DNA of 63,349 nt, counting the filler, from Thraustochytrium aureum (lineage: Eukaryota): NCBI GenBank assembly GCA_012862495.1. It is 7 parts of 3 records of this genome, joined end to end, with 100 filler letters (N's around TTAATTAATTAA, not from the genome) between each part and the next. Parts side by side here need not be neighbours in the genome. Positions count along the whole stretch, not along the records: positions 1 to 16,086 come from BLSG01000254.1; 6 more parts are not named here. One strand, written 5' to 3'. How positions within the stretch are numbered: position 1 is the stretch's first letter; every line of letters begins with the position of its first letter. The notes under the pieces were generated by a model. It did not search any database. It worked only from the letters and a program-made list of their open reading frames with translations, and was not told the DNA's origin. Below are positions 1-9,544 of the stretch, piece by piece. A program made the translations under genes and the position numbers.

Positions 1-352
1 CCCGACACCATGACGGGGTGCGTTTCGCCAGCGCTTGCGGCCCTCGAAAACGCCGGCCTGGGGGTCGCGCTCCGCGGCGAAGCCGATGTGCAAGCGGACG
101 CCTCGCGCATCCGCGAGGTACGCGCCGTGGACCGCGAGCAGCTCTATATTTGACGATGCGCTCTTGCAGCTGCAATGGTGCGCGGTAGCGCAGGGCAGGT
201 TAGGAAAAAAACAGCTACCAAATCGTGCGCTTTGTGCCTTCCTCAACTCTTCTGAACAGCGCTGCGAAGTCCTGCAATTGCGCGCAGCGCGGAATCTCCA
301 AGTCGAGCGCCAGCCGCAATGGCTCCTGGCCGCACAGTCCAAAGTTGGAGCC

Positions 353-1381
353 TCACGCTCCCGCAGGAATTTGCGCGGGGGGGTCGCATCGGCCGGACGG
401 AAAGGCCGTCGCTGCCGGTGATACTTTGGCGCGCTGATGCTCTCCGCGGCAGTAAAGCCCGTGGACGCGAGTCAGGGTCACAAGCACGCCAGTCTGGCCG
501 AGAATCGAGGTGAAACTAGCCCCTTTCAGCAAATTGAACAGCTCGAAGATGCCGATGTACGCTACGCAAGCGCCCCAGAAATACGTCGGCGCTTTGTACG
601 AGCAAAGCAGCACAATAGAGCAGCCCCAAATGGCTGCAACGTAAATGTATCCAGAATACTCGCTGCCTTGGTTCGTCACCAGGACTGCAAACCCAGTCGC
701 AATGCTACAGAGGACTTGCCATGCCCAGTTGATCGAGTAGGTGCGATTCAACATGTTGAGGAGCTTGGCCTCGTGCTCCGGTGTTAGCATCGCAAGAATA
801 TGGAAAAGCAGCAACAGGTCGATCGTGACGAAGAACCGGGTGATCTTGTCGTCCGCCACCATGCCCACTATCGCGAAAAAGGTGCAATCCTCCGTGAATA
901 CTGTCCACAGCTTGGTCACTCGCCCGACGCGGAACCTTTGCTGCGATGCAAAGTAAAGCCGCAAGAATGGCGGGTCGCCGAGCGCCGTGAAAAGCAGCAG
1001 CCCAGCTCCAAGCGCAGGATACAAGAGCGCGCCCCCGCTTGCCGAGGCAAATCCAACCACAAGCGTGTACATGTCGGAGCTCCAGTCTACTTCGCGCAGC
1101 ACCAAAAACCCGATTGACTGCGCAATATCAAGCCAAGAGCGTCGTGTCTGCTCTTTGCCAGCCTCGCTCGCTCGTGCCTGCGCTTCTGCATCGTCGCTCG
1201 ACTGCTTCCTTCCAGCGGCACTCTCGTCAGAGTCGCAAGTTGGAGTCGCAACATGCTCTTCGCCGCCGACTTCCCGGGCTGCTCGTGTGCCAAGCCCCGT
1301 AGACGCCTGGGTCCCGCTGGCAACTTGCATAGCCAAGCAGTGCAAGTCCTCGAGGCATCTGCAGCCGAGCTGCTGCCGCAT
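353..1381 (-). CDS. Uncharacterised multi-pass membrane protein (start may be the internal Met of MQVASG; C-terminus uncertain)
   Basis: 342-aa ORF with a hydrophilic N-terminus followed by about 7 hydrophobic segments (e.g. TLVVGFASASGGALLYPALGAGLLLF, FFVTIDLLLLFHILAML, YIYVAAIWGCSIVLL). Acidic motifs DWSSD and FTED lie near predicted helices. Confidence 0.55.
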   Translation of the reverse strand: MRQQLGCRCLEDLHCLAMQVASGTQASTGLGTRAAREVGGEEHVATPTCDSDESAAGRKQSSDDAEAQARASEAGKEQTRRSWLDIAQSIGFLVLREVDWSSDMYTLVVGFASASGGALLYPALGAGLLLFTALGDPPFLRLYFASQQRFRVGRVTKLWTVFTEDCTFFAIVGMVADDKITRFFVTIDLLLLFHILAMLTPEHEAKLLNMLNRTYSINWAWQVLCSIATGFAVLVTNQGSEYSGYIYVAAIWGCSIVLLCSYKAPTYFWGACVAYIGIFELFNLLKGASFTSILGQTGVLVTLTRVHGLYCRGEHQRAKVSPAATAFPSGRCDPPAQIPAGA

Positions 1382-2206
1382 GCGCTGGTCGTGGCACGGA
1401 CATCTGGCACTGACGACAGAGATCCGTTGTGTGGGTAGCTGCTCTTGGAAGCGATGAGAGCGACCTCAGGGCCACCGAGCCTTGTGTTGCGCACCGTGCT
1501 TGATTTGAGGGCCGAGGGTCCGAAATCGTGAGCCAACGAACACCCTGCATGGCGGGACGCAATCCCGAGATCTGTCCATGTGCTTGCCAGCACGTTTCGC
1601 GCGCGCGAGCCCGCCAAGGCCAATCACCAGAAGCAACGTCCAGGTCTGGCCCGTAGACTGCGCTGCCCGAGCTGGGCGCGGGCTGCTCGACGGACGAGTC
1701 TAAACGAGCGGGGACGTTCTTCCCCACCCAAACGTGCCACTCGAACGGGAGGACCGGACCGCGCAAGGCAAAACCTTGGAGGCCATCACACTTGGTGCAC
1801 AAACAGCCAATGGTCCGAGCCTCGGCCGTCGCGCTTGAATGGCCGAGACCGGCGCTGCGGACGCGCCGCACCTTCTTTAGGATGGATCTGCTTTGCGCGC
1901 CCGCAACTCTCGACGCAGCAACGCCATGCTGCCAGTTGATCCTGGCGTCGACGCCTGGGACTCGTGCGCGTCCACCGCGTCGTCCATGGCGCTCGGAGCG
2001 AGCGCGTCCAGTCGGACGAGGCGCTGCCAGAGCGAAATAACGCATTCGACCTGGTGAAAACACGTCCCGCGTCATTCACCATGATGTCTGACGCGGGTCC
2101 AACGGGATCAAGATAGCGTAACCTCGCGATTCGTATCGGTGTGCTGGCTGCGCAGGCAACGCACATCCGCGAATGTGGCGAGCGATGCTCCTACTGCTTG
2201 CAAGAG

Positions 2207-5200
2207 TTAGATTCGAGTGTTTTGATGGAACTTGTCAAAGCAGGACTTCGAACCAGATCCAGCACTCGTGCACAGCGGTACGTCGCATAGCCCGCAAAGC
2301 GTTGTCACACGCTTTGTCAAGCACACGACGCATTTCCTCTGATAGTGCAGGGTCGAATTCAACACGCCCGTGCCGTCCGCAGCACGCACCTTCGTTCTCG
2401 TGACGCAGTGGGCTTGGGTGCAGTCGAGGCGCAGTGGCCGCCCTTGCGCGTTGAAAAACGCGTGCACGCCGCCGCTCCGTTTAGGGCACTTGGCGAGGAT
2501 AGCATCCACCTCAGCCATGCTGAGGCAGTCACGAGACTGGGTCCGCGGATCGAGCGCGACTTGACCGCCCGGCATGGCTGTGCTCGCGTCCTGGCCCTTG
2601 AGCTTGAAGCTTTGATGGATCAGCCCCTCGAGAAGCTCGTACACAAAGTCCTTGAGCGGAATCTCCTCGTTCAGCTCTCGCCTGAGCTTTTGGATGCAAA
2701 AGGGGGTCTTGTTCGCATTGTCACCAGCCGGCTTCCTGTTTTGCGAGCGCCGCCGATGGACCACAACGAGCAACCGGTAGGCGATAAAGGCGTTGGTGAC
2801 CAGGTGCTTCAGGCTTTGAAGCGCGAAGAGCTGCGAAAGTCCCAGGTTGAGCGAGCTTGGCGCTGCAAGCGCCTCGACAAACTGAGTCGAGCCGTCACCG
2901 TTGCCCTTAAGAGCATTGCAGGCGACCTGAGCGCAGCACTTGAAGGTGCGGACGGGGTGCAGAGGACCATCCGCCACCCTCTTCCGAAGCGCGCGCCAGA
3001 GTCGAACGTGCGAGAACAGCGCATCCCGGTCGTCTTGGTTAAACGTAGACGGAGGGTAGGGCGGTGGTCCGGCTACCGTGAGCGAGGCGTACACCCACGT
3101 GAAGAGGTCGCGATGGCACACGAGAGACGCTCGATACGCATGCCTTTGGGATTGCGAGACGCGAACGAGGCACGCATACCGCACTCGTGTCTCGTCGGCC
3201 TCGACATAGAGGCAGTAGTCGACGTTCAAGACCATGGCTTGGTGCAGGACCTGCCCACGATGCTCCCGCGGAACAGCGCGCCACCACTCGTCATCTCCCA
3301 CAGAGCACGAGAAGAACTCGCCAAGCTCGGCAGCAGTGGCCTTTACAGATGAACTCTTGTCCTGAGAGCTGCGGGTTTTGAACTCGCAACTGGCCAGGAC
3401 GGCCTTGTCCGCACCGGGTGGCACAACCAAGGCAACCGCGTCCGCGCTGGCGGCAAGAAACGGGTCTTGCTTGCTCGCGAGCAGCCCGACGTCAAAAACA
3501 GACTCGCACCACGGTTTCTGGCTGATCGTTTCCAAAAGGTTGCATTCGTTCGTCGTGCCAGTCCGCATGGCCTGCGTGCTCGCCCCAGGCCGACCAATCC
3601 AGCTGCGGGTCAATATTTCTGTAGCTGCAGCCTGAGCTGGATCCATCCACCTCTCGCCAGGCCCGACCATCAGCCTCCTTGCACCAGGATGTATCGGGGC
3701 AAGTTGCGCGCCTGGCGTTCCGGTGATCGTGAAGAGGCGAAGGACAAACCAGTCAGCAGAGCGTTGCCAGCACGTCAGCGCAAGCGCAGAACCCCCAATC
3801 TGCTCCTCAACTCGCTTGACAGCCTCAGGCTTGTCCGTGCAAGGGAAGAAAAGCACGGTCTTCCGCGCGTCGGCGCCTTTCGGGATTGACACTCTCTCCA
3901 TGCAGATCGTGTTCACTAAATGCGCTCTAAGGCTTGTGCTCGTGTTGCACTCGACGAAGCGCAGGAGCTTTGCTTCGCTTGGGCTGCGGGCGCCGCAGTC
4001 GAGGAAGGCCACGGCCGTGATGACTTTGTCCTGTTGCCCATCGCATTGGGTTGTGCTCTGGGCAACAAAGATCTGACGGCCCATGCGGGCGTCGTCGTCG
4101 ATGACCAAGTCAGGGTCGATTAGGTCGCCTGCCTGTGCAGCCTCGTTGACAGCGGAGGCAACTCGCGACGTGACGCGCCGGGTTGAGCCGGAGAGAATAT
4201 CAGGCGAAGAGCTGTCGCTCGGGCCAAGAGAAACCGGAATGGGCTCGCTTGCGTTCCCCCTGCGTCGCTGGGTTGCGTTGCCCAATCGCGTTGCCTTTCG
4301 CTTTCCTCGCACGGTCGAGCAAGATGCCTGCGTCACAGTTGGCGCATCGCCACCAGCGAGATCGCTGACACCAGCCGCGCCGGTCACGCCTTGGACGTGC
4401 CCGACGCTGGGAGCCGACGATGTAGAGGAACTAGCGCGCTGATTGTGGCGGGCTTTCTTCTCAACCTTGGCCCGCAGGTCACTCAAACCGATGAAAGAGT
4501 GGTCGCTCGTGTCCGCAATCACGATGTAGCCGAGGTCACGGGAAGCCAGGTCGTTCCACAGGCCTCTATTGCTGTATCCACGATCGGCCGTGCACCATAC
4601 CCCCGCCATGCTGGTCCCCATCGACCCAGCAGCTTCGTCAAGCAAAGCCTTAATCGTAGAGCTCTGTTTGTAGCCTCTGCGCTCCTTGTGCCGCACTCCG
4701 AGGAAGAGGCGGAAGAGGGAATCGGCCAAGCAATCGATTTTCGCGCCCTCCTTGCCAGCCTGGCGGTTGCTCAGAGCCTTTGAATGGGCTTGCTTCGATC
4801 GCGATCCAACGAGTTCGTCGTCAATCACCATTGAGAGCGACGTCGTGAGAAACATCCGACGGGACACTTGATAGACGCGAGACTCAAAGCCCCGCATCTT
4901 CTCGAGGGAGTCCACCGACTGTGAGAATTGGTCGCCGTGGTGGCCCTCGTCGGCAGGGTCAATGGCGCTAGTGTTTGCGAGGATTTCCGTAAATCGGCTG
5001 TCCAGGAGCACGGCACCTTCGATGCCCCAGCCTTTTGCTAAAACGCGCAGGATTCGCAGCGCGCGAACCTTTGAGCACCCATTCATCTGCACAAAGAGAA
5101 AGGCGCCGACAAACGCGAGGAGCTCGCTCTCCGACACAGGCTCCAGCCCTTTCTCCTTCAGACGGAGGCCGAGCCATTCTCGAAGGAGAGCTAGTCCTTC

Positions 5201-5638
5201 GTCGGCGACCGCCTCGAACACGAGCAGCGGCGTTGTCCCGGCCAGTCGAAAATCGCGGTGGGCTTTCTCGATCTTGCTTCTGACGTTGTCGCAGATCTTT
5301 TCAATGTGACTGCTGGTGCGATCCCCGATGAGCTTGTCGCGAACGTCAGTTGCCCATTCGAGTTCGTACTCGTCTGGCTGCGCGAGGACTTTCCATGCGG
5401 CCTTGGGGAGCGATCCAGCCCCGTGCGATCGGCTATTGGCCCTTGTGCCCTTGTTCAGGGGGCAATCTTTGTGTGTCGACCGCTTGTGCGTGGTGGAGCC
5501 ACACTTGCACCTCGTCGTAGTTGCGCGGGCTTCGGTGCTGCTTGAGTCGGCAACCGGCCGGTGCGAAGCGGCCGCCTCGCTCCGCATGTCGTGCATCGGC
5601 GCGCCGATTCCCACCGTGCCCCCTCCACCGGTACGCAT
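2207..5638 (-). mobile_element. piggyBac-like DDD transposase with an embedded YqaJ/lambda-exonuclease-like domain (1143 aa, uninterrupted); element ends not identified
   Basis: piggyBac-like motifs in order: VSESELLAFVGAFL; MVIDDEL (D1, ~4817-4822); KEGAKIDCLADS; CTADRGYS (D2, ~4583-4585); LKGNGDGSTQ (D3, ~2894-2896); VTNAFIAY; C-terminal CVVC..CGLCDVPLC..CFDKFH. YqaJ-like motifs between D2 and D3: WQRSADWFVLR..ITGT, MRTGTTNE, VGLL..PFLAASADA, CEFKTR, GQVLHQAMVL. N-terminal CKCGSTTHKRSTHKDCP zinc knuckle. Confidence 0.85.
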
Positions 5639-5737
5639 ATCGCTGCGCTCCTGGTGCCAGCGGGGAATCGAACGACCACGCCAGGGGACTGCGTCCGCCG
5701 CCCTCGCGCTCCATCCAGGCCGCAGCGCAGCCGGGGG

Positions 5738-5836
5738 CTAAAGGACTAAACTTAGTCGTTTAGGGGCGGTCGCCCCGTTGCCGGCTCGCATCAAAATTGC
5801 GGACCCCTTTGTAAAAGGCTAAAATAACGCTTTTAG
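5738..5836. repeat. Cluster of four short palindromes/hairpins upstream of the transposase
   Basis: CTAAAgGACTAAacTTAGTCgTTTAG (5738-5763), GGGGCGgtCGCCCC (5763-5776), CCTTTgtaAAAGG (~5806-5818), CTAAAAtaacgcTTTTAG (5819-5836). Confidence 0.7.
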
Positions 5837-5939
5837 AGTCGCGAGACGCAAACCGGCAGGCAGGCAAGAGTCGCAAGGAGGCAGGCACGCGGGCAGGCAC
5901 GCAGGCCAGCCCCGGTCAGGGCAGCCCCCGGACAGGGCA

Positions 5940-5996
5940 GGCAAGTGAGCAATCGAAGGCAAGTGAGCAATCGAAGGCGAGTGAGCAATCGAAGGC
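5940..5996 (+). repeat. 18-bp tandem repeat x3 (GGCRAGTGAGCAATCGAA)
   Basis: Three head-to-tail copies read directly, just upstream of the CoA-transferase ATG. Confidence 0.9.
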
Positions 5997-6063
5997 GTGC
6001 AGGTTGCTGCGCGTTGGCGGGTTTGGGGTCGGTTTTCGCGCGCAGGACGCGCCACCGGGAAGG

Positions 6064-8553
6064 ATGACGAGCTTCTCCAAGTCGGCAAGCCTGAAGGCGG
6101 AGCAGGCGGACGGCTGGGCCGAGTGGGTCAAGGCTTTCTGGAAGCCGGAGCACACCGATGTAGCTGCGTCGCCGAGCTTGAGCGCGGCTCGAAGCGCCGC
6201 CGGGGCGGCCAAGTCGGCGCAGGGCGCTGCGGCGGCAGCGTCGACCGCAGCGGCTGGGGCGAGTGCGGCGAAAGCCGCCCCCGTGGGGCCGCGGTATTCG
6301 AGCGCCAAAGCAAGCGAGAGCTCGAACGGGACCCTGGTCAAGGCCATTGTCGGCGCCCTTGCCCTGAGCGCCCTGGCCGCCGGTGTCGTAGCGCTGCGGA
6401 AGCGGCGCGCTGCGGCCCGAGCCGCGGCCCGAGCGCTCGCTCCGCAAGAGGTGCGCAAAGATCCGCAGAGCGTCGAAGACCAATCGCCGTCGAGGAACGG
6501 GCTGTTGTACGGGGTGCGCGTTGTCGACCTCGGCACTGTTGTTGCGGCGCCCTCGCTGTGCAGGGTGATGGCCGAGCTGGGCGCGGAGGTGATCAAGGTG
6601 GAACCCCCGGAGGGCGACTTTTTCCGCAACAGCTTCAAGGTGTTTGAGCAGCCACGCCAGTATGGCACAAACTTTGAGACTGTCAACCTCGGCAAGTGGT
6701 CGGTTTGCCTCGACCTCAAAACCGCACCTGGCAGGGCGCAGCTCAAGGAGCTCTTGCGCGACGCAGACGTCCTCGTCGCCAACCTGCGGCCTGGCAAGCT
6801 GGAGGAGCTGGGCCTGGGACACAAAGCGATCATGGACGAGTTTCCGCACCTCGTCGTGGCCGAGGTGTCTGCTTGGGGCACCAAGGGCCCCGACGCAACT
6901 TACGCCGGGTTCGACATTGGCGCCTTCTGGACCGGCACTGGGCTGAGCGGGCTCATCCACGACGAGGCGATGCGCCTGTACTCGATGTACCCCGTTGCCA
7001 GCGGGGACTACGCCACCTCGCAGGTGCTCTTATCCGGGATTATGATGGCCCTCTCTGAGCGCCTTTCCACGGGGCTCGGCAAGCACGTGTCCACCTCGCT
7101 GCTGCACTGCGGGACGTGGTGCACCGCGCCGTACCTGCTCGCCGAGCAGCACGAGACCGCACTGTCGCCTGGGGCCAAGCTCGCCCCGATCTACAACTCG
7201 GGCAAGCCGCGGCCCGACCCGCTCCATTCGGTGTACAAGACGGCCGACGGCGAGCATGTGGCAGTGATTGGCGTGCGGGGCGCCCGCTGGGGGGGCGAGC
7301 CAGCGCGCGACGCGCGCNNNNNNNNNNNNNNNNNNNNNNNNNNNNNNNNNNNNNNNNNNNNNNNNNNNNNNNNNNNNNNNNNNNNNNNNNNNNNNNNNNN
7401 NNNNNNNNNNNNNNNNNNNNNNNNNNNNNNNNNNNNNNNNNNNNNNNNNNNNNNNNNNNNNNNNNNNNNNNNNNNNNNNNNNNNNNNNNNNNNNNNNNNN
7501 NNNNNNNNNNNACAACCTCGTGGCCTGCCCCGACGGCATCGACGACATGCGCTATGTGGTACGCGCGCCGTACACGTTTTCCTGCAGCACGAGCCACGGC
7601 CCCAAGTGCGCCGCTCCAGCCAAGGGCGCACACACGCAGGACGTGATCTCGCGCGGCTGGCTGCCCAGGCCCGTTGAGTGGTGCTTGCCCAAGGCGAGCG
7701 GCTCGAGCAGGCCCCTGTCGACGCCGCCCCCGCTTCCCCTCGCAGGCTGCGTAATTGTCGAGCTCGTCGATTTTGGCTCGACCCATGTCGATCTCGCGGT
7801 CAGCGCGGCAGCCAAGATTCTCTTGGACCGTGGCGGGGCCGTCGTTATCCGGATCGAGCCCAAGGGCGGCGACCCGCTGCGCCGGGACAACCGCGAACTG
7901 TACGAGCACTTCAACGCTGGCAAGCAGGTGGTGCAGATCGGCGACCTGAGCATGGAGGGCAACGAGCAGGTGCAGCGTCTGCTGAGCAGCCGGGCCGACG
8001 TGCTTTTGACCAACATGTCGCGCCACAAGCTTGCGCACTACGACCTCGACGCGGCTGCGCTCGGGGCTCGATGCCCCTCTCTGGCCATCATCCAGGTCCA
8101 CGCGTACAGGACACGGCAAGGGTCCCTCTACGACGCCGAGCATGGCTGTCTCGGCGCGCTCTGGGCAGGCTCGGGCCTGTCGACGGCCTTTTCGGGGCGG
8201 CCGCCCAGCGACCTGCCGTCGCCGCCCAAACACCTGTTGGAGCTGCTTTGCTCGTTTTACGTGACGGCCGCGGTTTCTCTGGCTTGGTTTCACAAGAAGC
8301 GCACCGGGGATGGCCAGCTCGCCGAGGTGTACTATGACGGCATCGGTCACTGGTCGACGCAGATCATGTCGTCCTGGCTTCACCGCGACCCGCGCAAGTC
8401 GCAGGCGATCATGTTGCCCTCGGCGGACATATACGACATGCACCCTGTGCCCACGTACACGTCGCACCGCACCAAGGACGGGATCTGGGTCCAGCTGCTT
8501 GGCGACCAGATGCCAAAGCACCTGCCCCGAACTCTCCGAGCGCTTGGCATCAG
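6064..8553 (+). CDS. Tandem (two-domain) CaiB/BaiF family III CoA-transferase with N-terminal membrane anchor; interrupted by an N gap, 3' end in a gap
   Basis: Domain 1: LYGVRVVDLGTVVAAP..MAELGAEVIKVEPPEGD..NLGKWSVCLDLK..ADVLVANLRPG..GDYATS. Domain 2: PLAGCVIVEL..GAVVIRIEPKGGDPLR..NAGKQVV..ADVLLTN..HRTKDGIWVQL. Hydrophobic segment VKAIVGALALSALAAGVVALRKRR precedes domain 1. Confidence 0.88.
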
Positions 8554-9544
8554 NNNNNNNNNNNNNNNNNNNNNNNNNNNNNNNNNNNNNNNNNNNNNNN
8601 NNNNNNNNNNNNNNNNNNNNNNNNNNNNNNNNNNNNNNNNNNNNNNNNNNNNNNNNNNNNNNNNNNNNNNNNNNNNNNNNNNNNNNNNNNNNNNNNNNNN
8701 NNNNNNNNNNNNNNNNNNNNNNNNNNNNNNNNNNNNNNNNNNNNNNNNNNNNNNNNNNNNNNNNNNNNNNNNNNNNNNNNNNNNNNNNNNNNNNNNNNNN
8801 NNNNNNNNNNNNNNNNNNNNNNNNNNNNNNNNNNNNNNNNNNNNNNNNNNNNNNNNNNNNNNNNNNNNNNNNNNNNNNNNNNNNNNNNNNNNNNNNNNNN
8901 NNNNNNNNNNNNNNNNNNNNNNNNNNNNNNNNNNNNNNNNNNNNNNNNNNNNNNNNNNNNNNNNNNNNNNNNNNNNNNNNNNNNNNNNNNNNNNNNNNNN
9001 NNNNNNNNNNNNNNNNNNNNNNNNNNNNNNNNNNNNNNNNNNNNNNNNNNNNNNNNNNNNNNNNNNNNNNNNNNNNNNNNNNNNNNNNNNNNNNNNNNNN
9101 NNNNNNNNNNNNNNNNNNNNNNNNNNNNNNNNNNNNNNNNNNNNNNNNNNNNNNNNNNNNNNNNNNNNNNNNNNNNNNNNNNNNNNNNNNNNNNNNNNNN
9201 NNNNNNNNNNNNNNNNNNNNNNNNNNNNNNNNNNNNNNNNNNNNNNNNNNNNNNNNNNNNNNNNNNNNNNNNNNNNNNNNNNNNNNNNNNNNNNNNNNNN
9301 NNNNNNNNNNNNNNNNNNNNNNNNNNNNNNNNNNNNNNNNNNNNNNNNNNNNNNNNNNNNNNNNNNNNNNNNNNNNNNNNNNNNNNNNNNNNNNNNNNNN
9401 NNNNNNNNNNNNNNNNNNNNNNNNNNNNNNNNNNNNNNNNNNNNNNNNNNNNNNNNNNNNNNNNNNNNNNNNNNNNNNNNNNNNNNNNNNNNNNNNNNNN
9501 NNNNNNNNNNNNNNNNNNNNNNNNNNNNNNNNNNNNNNNNNNNN

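Noticed and set aside
1227..2166. ORFs downstream of the transposase as a second element-encoded gene
   Set aside because: Arg/Ala/Gly-rich translations with no recognisable motif in any frame; cannot be supported without homologs.
2035..5830. 9-bp direct repeat AAATAACGC (2035-2043 and 5822-5830) as a target-site duplication of the transposon
   Set aside because: No TIRs lie inside it, piggyBac-type elements make 4-bp TSDs, and one 9-mer match between two flanks of a few hundred bp is plausible by chance.
5940..5996. 18-bp triple repeat as a CRISPR array or transposon terminal repeat
   Set aside because: No spacers and no counterpart on the other flank of the transposase; it sits among microsatellite-like DNA upstream of the CoA-transferase.
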